In this document: positions 16,982 to 25,659 of the stretch, piece by piece
How the letters are laid out: each line of letters starts with the position of its first letter
How positions within the stretch are numbered: the stretch's first letter is position 1
Origin: Chitinophagaceae bacterium
GTDB taxonomy: Bacteria > Bacteroidota > Bacteroidia > Chitinophagales > Chitinophagaceae
Assembly (NCBI GenBank): GCA_039811185.1
Contig: JBDHYF010000001.1
Location: 34,458 to 98,457, forward strand
Length of the DNA: 64,000 nucleotides
Direction: 5' to 3'
The notes under the pieces: model-generated
What the model was told of the DNA's origin: nothing
The model's input: the letters and a program-made list of their open reading frames with translations, nothing else
Databases searched by the model: none
Position numbers and translations under genes: made by a program

Positions 16982-18166
16982 TTATTCAATTGTTGTGCCA
17001 TGCGGGATGGGGTGTGGTTTCGCCTGCACAGCAGCTAACCGTTGCGCCGCGGCACGCAGGGTTGTTTCTTTCTTTGCAAAACAAAACCTGACAATTTGAT
17101 GATCTGCCCCGTTGTGATAAAACGAACTGACCGGGATGGCAGCAACGCCATAAGCCTCCGTTAACCACACGGCAAAATCCCGTTCGCTCAGGTTGCTGAT
17201 GGCTTCATAGCTGTAACATTGAAAATAACTGCCGCCCGATGGCAACGCCCGAAACGGCGTTTGAAGCATTAACTCCTGAAACAAATCGCGCCTTGCCTGC
17301 ATCTCAGCGCCCAACTGTTTCCAGGCATCGGCATTATCCAAATATTCCGCAATGGCCCACTGCATCGGCGTATTTACCGAAAAAGCGTTGTACTGATGCA
17401 CTTTCTTAAACTCATCCATTAAATGCTTGGCGCCTGCTGCATAACCCATCTTCCATCCGGTACAATGGTAGGTTTTACCGAAAGAATAGCAGGCGATGCT
17501 CCGCTTCAGCAGTTCGGGAAAAGCGAGCACGCTTAAGTGCTTCCGGTTATCGAAAACGAGGTGTTCGTATACTTCGTCGCTGATAATTACCAACTGCGGA
17601 TGCTGCGCCAGCAACTCGTGCAGCACTGCTATATCTTCATCCGTTACAATGCGTCCCGTTGGGTTGTGCGGCGAGTTAATAATGATGGCTTTTGTACGCG
17701 GGTTTATGGCCTTCTTCACAGCCTCCCACGGGTAGCTGAAATTGGGAAACTGCAAAGAAAAATAAACCGGCACCGCTGCGTTTATAATAATATTTGGCGT
17801 GTAGCTGTCGTAAGCCGGCTCAAAAACAATTACTTCATCGCCGGGATGCAGCAAACTTGTCAGCGCTGTGTAAAGCGCATAAGTGGCGCCCGGTGTAATT
17901 ACCAGGTTTTCCTCTTCGTTCAGCTCAGCGCCATAAAGCCTGTTCGCTTTTTCGCATAGCTTTTTTCGTAGCTGCGGCAAACCGTTGGTGTGGGCATATT
18001 GGTTAAAACCCTGCTGCATGGCCACATTCACCAAATCGGTCAATTCTTTACTCATCGCAAAGTCAGGAAATCCTTGTCCCAGGTTAATGGCATTATGTTT
18101 CACTGCAAGTTGACTCATTACAGTGAAGATGGTTGTCGGCGTATCGGGCAGCTTGGATTGGAGCAT
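16982..18166 (-). CDS. Class I/II aminotransferase (YbdL-like methionine aminotransferase)
   Basis: Blocks present: NLGQGFPDF, SPHNPTG, and SFGKTYHCTGWKMGY with the PLP lysine. Confidence 0.8.
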   Translation of the reverse strand: MLQSKLPDTPTTIFTVMSQLAVKHNAINLGQGFPDFAMSKELTDLVNVAMQQGFNQYAHTNGLPQLRKKLCEKANRLYGAELNEEENLVITPGATYALYTALTSLLHPGDEVIVFEPAYDSYTPNIIINAAVPVYFSLQFPNFSYPWEAVKKAINPRTKAIIINSPHNPTGRIVTDEDIAVLHELLAQHPQLVIISDEVYEHLVFDNRKHLSVLAFPELLKRSIACYSFGKTYHCTGWKMGYAAGAKHLMDEFKKVHQYNAFSVNTPMQWAIAEYLDNADAWKQLGAEMQARRDLFQELMLQTPFRALPSGGSYFQCYSYEAISNLSERDFAVWLTEAYGVAAIPVSSFYHNGADHQIVRFCFAKKETTLRAAAQRLAAVQAKPHPIPHGTTIE

Positions 18167-18170
18167 GGTT

Positions 18171-18623
18171 TTATTCTTTATTTTTTGTATCTATAAAAAT
18201 GGTTACCGGCCCGTCGTTAATGAGCTGCACTTTCATATCGGCGCCGAAGACACCCGTTTTTACCGGCCGGCACAACAGCCTGTTCAGTGCGGTAATCATC
18301 TCTTCGTAAAGCGGCAGTGCCACTTCAGGCCGCGCGGCTTTTATATAGGAAGGGCGGTTGCCTTTACGGGTCGCCGCATGAAGCGTAAACTGGCTGATGA
18401 GCAGCAGCGCGCCTTCCACCTCTCCGATGCTTTTATTCATTACACCGTCATCGTCGTTAAAAATGCGCAATGCAGCAATTTTACGGCTCAGCCATTCCAC
18501 ATCCTCCAACGTGTCGGCCGCTTCCATTCCTATAAACACCAGCATTCCGTTACCGATGGTTGCATGTGTTTGGCCCGCAATTTCCACCGAGGCTTGTTGT
18601 ACTCTTTGAATAATTGTTCTCAC
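18171..18623 (-). CDS. dtd: D-aminoacyl-tRNA deacylase
   Basis: GTG 18623 gives VRTIIQRV..., matching the canonical M-x-x-V-I-Q-R-V start and a 150 aa length. The track start at 18656 is TTG. The SQFTL motif and C-terminal GPVT are present. Confidence 0.88.
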   Translation of the reverse strand: MRTIIQRVQQASVEIAGQTHATIGNGMLVFIGMEAADTLEDVEWLSRKIAALRIFNDDDGVMNKSIGEVEGALLLISQFTLHAATRKGNRPSYIKAARPEVALPLYEEMITALNRLLCRPVKTGVFGADMKVQLINDGPVTIFIDTKNKE

Positions 18624-18834
18624 GCTACAATTTAGTGGGTTTTGCAGACAATACAACCGCTAAGGCCATCGGCCTTCGGTACAACAATTATTTTTATGGT
18701 ACCGGCTTCTTTTTCATTGTTCGCCACCCGTCGCGTCGCACCCGTCGGGGTTCGGCTTATTAATGTAGCCGTAAGCATTTGCGGAGCGGAGGGAGGAAGG
18801 TTGCGGCATGAAAAATCTATTATAATATTGCCGC

Positions 18835-19713
18835 ATGAAAATAGACCTAAGCACGCTGTCTGCTCCGCAAAAGCAACAATGGTTGCAGCATGCCATCGCA
18901 CCCCGCCCCATAGCTTTCGCCAGCACCATTAACGCAAAGGGAAAGGTAAACCTCAGCCCCTTCAGCTTTTTCAATCTGTTTTCTTCCAACCCGCCGATAG
19001 TTATTTTTTCACCGGCGCGCCGCGTCAGAAACAACACTATTAAACACACACTCGAGAATATACTCGAAGTGCCCGAAGTGGTTATTCACATCTGCGATTA
19101 TGATATGGTGCAACAGGTGAGTTTGTCGAGCTGCGAATATGAAAAAGATGTGGACGAATTTGTAAAAGCAGGATTCTCCAAACAACCGGCTTCACTCGTA
19201 AAACCACCTATGGTGGCGGAAGCAAAGATTCAGCTCGAATGCCGCGTAACAGAAGTGAAACACCTTGGGAATGAAGGCGGCGCCGGGAACCTGATTATCT
19301 GTGAAGTTTTGCTGATGCACGTTAACGACAATATTCTAAAAGACGACGGCTCCATGATTGACCAGAAGAAAATGCAACATATTGCGCGCCTTGGCGGCGA
19401 CTGGTATTGTGTTGTAAACAACCAAAATCTGTTTGAAGTGGAAAAGCCAAACATAAAGCTCGGCATTGGCTTCGATTCACTGCCTGATGCGATTTTGAAA
19501 AGTGAAATTCTCACCGCAAATAACTTAGGACAGCTGGCCAACCTCCACGAGATGCCTCAACCCGAAGCTTCTTTTAACGACCCTCGCGTGAAAGAAATTG
19601 TTCAATATTTTTCCACCAACCCGGATGAAATGGAGAGAGAACTGCATAAGTATGCGCAGCAACTGTTGGCAGCCGGAAAGGTGGCTCATGCATGGCAGGT
19701 ATTGTTGAGTTGA
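18835..19713 (+). CDS. Flavin reductase-like (FMN-binding split-barrel) protein with about 90 aa C-terminal extension
   Basis: The N-terminus (LQHAIAPRPIAFASTIN...NLSPFSFFN) is typical of the flavin reductase-like domain. Confidence 0.7.
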   Translation: MKIDLSTLSAPQKQQWLQHAIAPRPIAFASTINAKGKVNLSPFSFFNLFSSNPPIVIFSPARRVRNNTIKHTLENILEVPEVVIHICDYDMVQQVSLSSCEYEKDVDEFVKAGFSKQPASLVKPPMVAEAKIQLECRVTEVKHLGNEGGAGNLIICEVLLMHVNDNILKDDGSMIDQKKMQHIARLGGDWYCVVNNQNLFEVEKPNIKLGIGFDSLPDAILKSEILTANNLGQLANLHEMPQPEASFNDPRVKEIVQYFSTNPDEMERELHKYAQQLLAAGKVAHAWQVLLS

Positions 19714-19733
19714 AATATACCTCAACTCTTTCG

Positions 19734-20153
19734 TCAGCTGCTGTGATCGGCGATAATAAACCACTCGCCATCTATTTTTTGCAGTAATAAGCTGAAGTAT
19801 CCTTTTAAATCGCCGGCTTCCCGAACGAGGTGCCAACGGCCAATCACAAAGTAATATTCTGCGCCCAACGGCCTTAGCTCTTGTAAACTAAATTGCAGTT
19901 TGCCCATCGCTTTTTTATCTGGATATGACTTTTTGTAGTTGCTTAACGTGGCCGCAAAGCCTTTGGTAATGCCGCTCCTGCCAATGAAAGTCAGCGCACT
20001 GTCCGGCAAATAGCCTTGCATATATTTTTCGAGATTGCCTTCGTTCCAGCCGTCTTCCTGTTGCTGCATCATGGCGCGGATTTTCACTTCATCCGACTGC
20101 GCCACAGCAAGCAGCGGTAACCAAAACAATAAAAGGCATACAGTACGTTTCAT
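19734..20153 (-). CDS. Secreted SnoaL/NTF2-like (DUF4440-type) protein
   Basis: Signal peptide (LLFWLPLLAVAQS) and an about 120 aa NTF2-like pattern (W..GN...Y......F.G, ...W.IIADHSS). Confidence 0.6.
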   Translation of the reverse strand: MKRTVCLLLFWLPLLAVAQSDEVKIRAMMQQQEDGWNEGNLEKYMQGYLPDSALTFIGRSGITKGFAATLSNYKKSYPDKKAMGKLQFSLQELRPLGAEYYFVIGRWHLVREAGDLKGYFSLLLQKIDGEWFIIADHSS

Positions 20154-20157
20154 AAAA

Positions 20158-22020
20158 TCATTTTATAAAGTGGGCCACATTCAAAATTCGCCAGTCGAGG
20201 TTATTGCCATCATGCGCTGACGACGATAATGCAGGCGCGTCGATAATCTTTTTATTGAGCATGTTGTGCGACACAAGTTTTTTTCTCGCCTCTATAATCA
20301 TCTCCTCAACATTCTTTTCTTTCATCCAGGTTTCCTGCGGCGGTTCGTATCCAACCTTATCTTTCCGCCAAACGATTTCAGGCGGAAGCCGCTGTTCAAA
20401 ACATTTGCGTAAAATCCACTTCGTAAATCCTTCTCGTATTTTTAAACCCGAAGGAAGCCCAAAAGCAAATTCCACCAACCGATGCGACAGAAACGGAAGC
20501 CTCACCTCCACGCCGTGCGCCATCGCATTCCGGTCGGCAAAGCGGAGCAACTCCTCCAGTCCATGATAAAAAACGTTGTAGTGCAAAATATCGTTGAGGT
20601 TGCGGACAACCGGCTTATAAAGCGTTGAACGGTTTTTATGCCCCGACAATTGATGATGGATATAGGTATTCTGATCCTGCTGCGATGCAGCCTTTTGTTG
20701 CAACTGCCCGGCCGTTTGCTCCGGTAAAAAAGCAGCTACATAATTTTTCCAACTCCACTGCTCCAAAAAGGAATTCTTGAACAACCCATTTTTTTCACGT
20801 GCAAATTTTTGCCATTGGCGCAATCGTAACAACTCCTGTAAATACCAGTGTGTGTAGCGTTTATAACCGGCAAAAATTTCATCTGCGCCTTGTCCGTCAA
20901 CAATCACCTTAATTCCATGTTGCTTCGCCGTGCTGTACAACATATACTGCGTAAAAACGCTTGCGCTGGTTACGGGCTCATCCTGAAAGTGGAGCATTTT
21001 TTCGAGCTCTTGCCACAACATCCCTGCATCGGGATGCACCTTAACTCTTTTGATGTTGAAAGCGGTTGCCAGTTGCGCACTGTAAGCCGATTCGTCTTTT
21101 GCAAACCCCGGAAACACAGCACTGAAGCAGGTTTGGCTCCAGCTTTCAGCAGGAGGATGCTGCCCGTGAATTACCGCTAACAGCGCCGCACTGTCGAGGC
21201 CTCCGCTTAGGCTCGTTGCCACCGGAACATCGCTGCGGAGGCGGCGGGCAACCGACTCACTTAATAAATGGCGCAGCGAATGAATCGCCTCTTCGTCGCT
21301 GAGCAGGGTGCCGTTGAGTTGTGGACGATACCATTTCTTCTTTTTAAGTGTAGCACTCCTACCGTTGATTTGAAGATAATGGCCGGGCGGAAGACTGAGA
21401 ATATTGTTGTAAAAAGTCTGAGACTTTTTTATCGGATTCTGAACATATCCGAGTGTGAGATAGTTAAGCAAAAGTGTGGGATTCAACCGGCGCGGAATGC
21501 CGGCCGACCAAAACGCTTTTATCTCACTCGCAAAAACAAACTGCCTAAGTTTCCTCTCCGCGCCATATTCGGCAAAGTAATAAAGGGGCTTCTCGCCAAA
21601 GCGGTCTCTCGCAATAATCACTTCATCTTGCTTGCTATCGAAAATGGCAAACGCAAACATCCCGTCGATGCGATGTAGAAAATCGATGCCCCATTTGTGG
21701 TAGGCGGCAGGAATAATTTCTGTATCTGTAGTGGTATAAAAAACGTAACCATCGGCCAGAAGCATCTGCTTCAACTCTGGATAATTATATATAGCGCCGT
21801 TAAACACGATGGTATAGTGCATGTAGTGCAATGGCTGTGCGGCTCTTTCATGCAAATCGAGCACAGATAACCGGTTGTGCGAAAACCCAAAATGGCGATT
21901 GTCTGATATCCAACACCCGCTTCCGTCGGGCCCGCGATGCTGAAGGCTGTGCTTCAACTTCTGCAAACAAGCATCAACCGCATCTGTATCCAAAGAAAAT
22001 ATACCCGCAATTCCACACAT
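20158..22020 (-). CDS. asnB: Asparagine synthase (glutamine-hydrolysing)
   Basis: MCGIAGIF Ntn-amidotransferase start and SGGLDS PP-loop. Length is 620 aa. Confidence 0.9.
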   Translation of the reverse strand: MCGIAGIFSLDTDAVDACLQKLKHSLQHRGPDGSGCWISDNRHFGFSHNRLSVLDLHERAAQPLHYMHYTIVFNGAIYNYPELKQMLLADGYVFYTTTDTEIIPAAYHKWGIDFLHRIDGMFAFAIFDSKQDEVIIARDRFGEKPLYYFAEYGAERKLRQFVFASEIKAFWSAGIPRRLNPTLLLNYLTLGYVQNPIKKSQTFYNNILSLPPGHYLQINGRSATLKKKKWYRPQLNGTLLSDEEAIHSLRHLLSESVARRLRSDVPVATSLSGGLDSAALLAVIHGQHPPAESWSQTCFSAVFPGFAKDESAYSAQLATAFNIKRVKVHPDAGMLWQELEKMLHFQDEPVTSASVFTQYMLYSTAKQHGIKVIVDGQGADEIFAGYKRYTHWYLQELLRLRQWQKFAREKNGLFKNSFLEQWSWKNYVAAFLPEQTAGQLQQKAASQQDQNTYIHHQLSGHKNRSTLYKPVVRNLNDILHYNVFYHGLEELLRFADRNAMAHGVEVRLPFLSHRLVEFAFGLPSGLKIREGFTKWILRKCFEQRLPPEIVWRKDKVGYEPPQETWMKEKNVEEMIIEARKKLVSHNMLNKKIIDAPALSSSAHDGNNLDWRILNVAHFIK

Positions 22021-22045
22021 AGTTTAAATATTGGCCCGGGTTCGT

Positions 22046-22630
22046 TTACAGCCGTGCAACCTTTGACCTGGCGAACAAATGTACATCCGGGAAAAATGAC
22101 GCATAACAATTCTTCAATTCGTGGTAGTTCGCTTCAAAGCAATCGAAAATGTCTTCCCATCCTGCTAAATATTTGGAGCGGCGGTACAAGCCCTCAAAAC
22201 TCTTCCTTATTCCGTACCCAGTACGATAATTATATAACCAGTTGTTGTGCTTCATCCCTTGAAACACCGGCGTAAAAGCGGGTGGAAACAACGACTGCTG
22301 TTGGTCGAGCAGGGTGTAGGTTTGAAGCGCAAAAAGGCTTAAGTCGTTATTAGGAAAAATGGCTTCGTCGGCAGCAAGAAAATGATCGTAAATCACATCA
22401 ACATAAGGAGCGGCGTAGCGATGTGCTGCCGGCTTCATGATGCGTTTTGCTTCGCGGCTGGCTGCATGGCTGTCGGTAAAATCATCTATCTGCCGGTGCA
22501 ACTGAATTCCGCGTTGAACCCCTTCAGGAAAATGATATTGCCTGCTTCCTTTTACAAAATCACTAATCATATTGCCCAGCAGCAGTTGTGGCTGTGCAAA
22601 AGAAAGATAAGCATGCGCCAGAAAATTCAT
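22046..22630 (-). CDS. acpH: Acyl carrier protein phosphodiesterase
   Basis: MNFLAHAYLSF start and about 194 aa length are typical of AcpH. Confidence 0.8.
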   Translation of the reverse strand: MNFLAHAYLSFAQPQLLLGNMISDFVKGSRQYHFPEGVQRGIQLHRQIDDFTDSHAASREAKRIMKPAAHRYAAPYVDVIYDHFLAADEAIFPNNDLSLFALQTYTLLDQQQSLFPPAFTPVFQGMKHNNWLYNYRTGYGIRKSFEGLYRRSKYLAGWEDIFDCFEANYHELKNCYASFFPDVHLFARSKVARL

Positions 22631-22656
22631 TCTTAGTATTACGGTTTACCAATTCT

Positions 22657-22664
22657 CAAATTTA
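22657..22664 (-). promoter_or_regulatory. -7 box TAAATTTG upstream of acpH
   Basis: Exact match on the minus strand, 26 nt upstream of ATG 22630. Confidence 0.45.
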
Positions 22665-22839
22665 ACGGCTGCTTTACTGTAATTATCATGTTTTTATCAA
22701 ATCTTTTCTAATGCAGTGGCAGCAAGGGTTTCAGCGGTTGTGAGGACAAAAAAAACGGGTTGTTTTTACCATTCATCACAAAACGGTCCGCCACGTATCC
22801 GTTCTGTCATAATAAAATATAAAGCGTGAACAGTGCCGA

Positions 22840-22847
22840 TAATTTTG
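22840..22847 (+). promoter_or_regulatory. -7 box TAATTTTG upstream of the 22888 gene
   Basis: Exact match 40 nt upstream of the ATG. Confidence 0.45.
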
Positions 22848-22887
22848 GGTTGTCAATCATTCAAAAAAACATTAAAACAAAAACGCT

Positions 22888-23325
22888 ATGAAAAAGATCC
22901 TTATCGCAACACTCGGATGTTTTCTTTTCTTCACCTCATTTGCTTCCGACGGATATGTGAGCAAAAACGCGAAAAACAATTTCGCCCATCTATTTGAAAA
23001 CGCAACCAATGTAAAGTGGGAAGGTACCGCAGATTTCTATCGTGCAAGCTTTTACACAGATGACGATTTCCGCCAGGCATACTTTAACCTGAACGGCGAC
23101 TACATCGGCCTTTCCAAAACCGTTAAGCTGAAAGATCTGAGCAGCAAAATTTCGAAAAAGCTACTCAGCGACTACGAAGGTTATATGGTGAGAGAACTTG
23201 CCAGCTTTGAAACAGCAGAGGGCGACTTTAACTACTTCGCCGTTGCAGAAAACGAAAAAGAAAAAGTGACGGTAAAAATTACTATCGACGGAGGCTTCTC
23301 CGTGGTGAAACGCACCAAAAAATAG
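22888..23325 (+). CDS. Secreted hypothetical protein (PepSY-like/DUF2874-like, weak)
   Basis: Signal peptide (ATLGCFLFFTSFA) and a small beta-rich domain. It has its own -7 box at 22840. Confidence 0.5.
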   Translation: MKKILIATLGCFLFFTSFASDGYVSKNAKNNFAHLFENATNVKWEGTADFYRASFYTDDDFRQAYFNLNGDYIGLSKTVKLKDLSSKISKKLLSDYEGYMVRELASFETAEGDFNYFAVAENEKEKVTVKITIDGGFSVVKRTKK

Positions 23326-23393
23326 CACAAAGGTTAAGGGTAGACGAAGGCTGTCTTTTCTAAGGCGGCCTTTTTTATTTTTACACAAAAAAA

Positions 23394-23720
23394 ATGACGA
23401 TTGCAGATGCGCAACTTCAGGTTGATGACTGGATAAAAACAACCGGTGTGAGGTATTTCAGCGAGCTCACCAACATGGCTGTTTTAACGGAAGAAGTGGG
23501 TGAACTGGCGCGCCTGATGGCGAGAAAATATGGCGATCAGAGCTTCAAAAACAATGAAGAAACGGCTGCTATTTCCGATGAACTCGCCGACGTGTTATGG
23601 GTGATTATTTGCATCGCCAACCAAACCGGAACCGATTTAACCCACGCACTCGAAAAGAATTTTAAAAAGAAACAACAACGCGATGCGGAACGGCATATCA
23701 ACAACCCTAAACTGAAATAA
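23394..23720 (+). CDS. MazG-like nucleotide pyrophosphohydrolase
   Basis: EExGE motif (LTEEVGELAR) and a second acidic helix (ELADVLW). Length is 108 aa. Confidence 0.8.
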   Translation: MTIADAQLQVDDWIKTTGVRYFSELTNMAVLTEEVGELARLMARKYGDQSFKNNEETAAISDELADVLWVIICIANQTGTDLTHALEKNFKKKQQRDAERHINNPKLK

Positions 23721-23743
23721 ATTATCTTGCCTCAAACAATACT

Positions 23744-24706
23744 ATGTTTCAAAACAGGGTTACGGATTTATTTTCTATTAGCTATCCAATGATTCAGGCG
23801 GGAATGATCTGGGCGAGCGGCTGGCGTTTGGCCGCAGCCGTTAGCAACGCCGGCGCACTCGGCATTTTGGGTGCAGGAAGCATGTATCCCGAGGTGCTTC
23901 AGCAACACATCAGCAAATGCAAAGCAGCAACCAATAAACCTTTTGGCGTAAACCTTCCTCTGCTGTATCCCGACCTGGAAAAACATATTGAGCTGATTAT
24001 AGAAAATGAGGTGCCGGTAGTAATTACAAGCGCGGGAAATCCGAAAACCTATACTGCACGGTTAAAAAGTCATGGCATTAAGGTAGTGCACGTGGTAAGC
24101 AGCAGCCGGTTTGCAAAAAAAGCGCAGGATGCCGGCTGCGATGCAGTGGTTGCAGAAGGGTTTGAAGCCGGCGGGCACAACGGAAAAGAGGAAACCACAA
24201 CGCTTGTTCTGATTCCTGCGGTTTGTGCCGCAGTTGAAATTCCGGTGATTGCGGCGGGCGGCATTGCTACGGGCCGGCAGATGTTTGCAGCAATGTCGTT
24301 GGGTGCAGAGGGCGTACAAATAGGAACGCGTTTCGTTTGCAGTGAAGAAGCGTCCTGCCACAACCATTTTAAGCAGGCTGTGTTAAGCGCATCGGAAGGC
24401 GACACCATGCTGGCGATGAAAAAACTTGTGGCGGTACGACTGCTGAAAAACAAATTTTACGAAGAAGTGAAAAAAGCAGAGGATGAAGGTGCACATGCCG
24501 AAATTTTACAGGAGTTGCTCGGAAGGGCGAGAGCAAAACGCGGTATGTTTGAAGGAGACCTCGATGAAGGGGAGCTGGAAATTGGACAGGCAAGCGCTTT
24601 AATTGAAAACATTCTTCCGGCAGCGGAAATTGTAAATGAAATCTGGACAGATTTTTTAGCAAGCATAAACAATCCTTTCGCAAAACGCACAAACTTGATT
24701 GCATGA
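23744..24706 (+). CDS. Nitronate monooxygenase / FabK-like FMN oxidoreductase
   Basis: Blocks present: YPMIQAGM, GALGILGAG, and AGGIATG in a TIM-barrel FMN pattern. Confidence 0.8.
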   Translation: MFQNRVTDLFSISYPMIQAGMIWASGWRLAAAVSNAGALGILGAGSMYPEVLQQHISKCKAATNKPFGVNLPLLYPDLEKHIELIIENEVPVVITSAGNPKTYTARLKSHGIKVVHVVSSSRFAKKAQDAGCDAVVAEGFEAGGHNGKEETTTLVLIPAVCAAVEIPVIAAGGIATGRQMFAAMSLGAEGVQIGTRFVCSEEASCHNHFKQAVLSASEGDTMLAMKKLVAVRLLKNKFYEEVKKAEDEGAHAEILQELLGRARAKRGMFEGDLDEGELEIGQASALIENILPAAEIVNEIWTDFLASINNPFAKRTNLIA

Positions 24707-25614
24707 CGATTGTTCCTCCTTATTTGCGCGAAGGCAGTAAAATCGGGATGATATGCCCGGCAGGATATATGCCACTCGACAACATGCAAAAATGCCTTGA
24801 AACGCTGTGTTCATGGGGCTTTCAGGTGGTAATGGGAAAAACGCCAGGCCATCAGCACCACTATTTCGCAGGAACAGACGAGGAGCGGCTGGCGGATTTA
24901 CAAACAATGCTCGACGACGAAACAATAGAAGCCATAATGTGTGCAAGAGGAGGCTACGGCGTTTCCAAAATTATCGATCTGGTAAACTGGGAGCGCTTTA
25001 AAAAACATCCTAAATGGATTATTGGATTCAGCGACATCACTGTGCTGCACGCCCATCTACTCTCTAACCTTTCTGTTGCCTCTTTGCATGCTCCCATGGC
25101 AGCCGCATTCAACCATACGGATGCAGAGGATTTTTATGTGAACACCTTACAGCAAAGCCTCTCGGGCAGCAGGCTAACCTATTACTCCGAGCCCCATCCC
25201 TACAACATCCCCGGCCGCTGCGAGGGTGTACTAACCGGTGGCAACCTGAGTATGCTCATCCATCTTACAGGCACAAAATCGGAAGTGAGCTTCGACCACA
25301 AAATTCTCTTTCTTGAAGACGTAGGCGAATACATTTATCATATTGACCGGATGTTTGTGCAGCTAACGAGAGCGGGTAAGCTAAGCAAACTTGCCGGTTT
25401 GGTTATCGGCGGATTTACTGATTGTAAGGATACCACCATTCCGTTTGGCCGCGGCGTTTATGAAGCAATCTTTGAACATACCAAGGCATTAAACATTCCT
25501 GTTTGCTATCAGTTTCCGGTAAGTCACAACCGCGAAAACGTTTCGTTGAAGCATGGCCTTCGCTACCGCTTAACGGTTGAACAGGAAGCCGAACTGACAG
25601 AGTTATGCCCGTAA
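24703..25614 (+). CDS. ldcA: LD-carboxypeptidase (peptidase S66)
   Basis: ATGA overlap with the upstream gene. GFSDITVLH carries the nucleophile serine, and there is a C-terminal His region. Confidence 0.8.
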   Translation: MTIVPPYLREGSKIGMICPAGYMPLDNMQKCLETLCSWGFQVVMGKTPGHQHHYFAGTDEERLADLQTMLDDETIEAIMCARGGYGVSKIIDLVNWERFKKHPKWIIGFSDITVLHAHLLSNLSVASLHAPMAAAFNHTDAEDFYVNTLQQSLSGSRLTYYSEPHPYNIPGRCEGVLTGGNLSMLIHLTGTKSEVSFDHKILFLEDVGEYIYHIDRMFVQLTRAGKLSKLAGLVIGGFTDCKDTTIPFGRGVYEAIFEHTKALNIPVCYQFPVSHNRENVSLKHGLRYRLTVEQEAELTELCP

Positions 25615-25659
25615 GGTTTTGCATTCTCTTGCACTTTTATATAGTTATTTTGCGTTTTT

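Noticed and set aside
18725-18747. Direct repeat CACCCGTCG-cgtcg-CACCCGTCG and a nearby AAGGCC/GGCCTT hairpin (18664-18684) in the dtd/flavin reductase divergent spacer
   Set aside because: These are short, GC-rich and unaccompanied by a U tract or a recognisable binding-site architecture. I cannot distinguish them from chance without comparative data.
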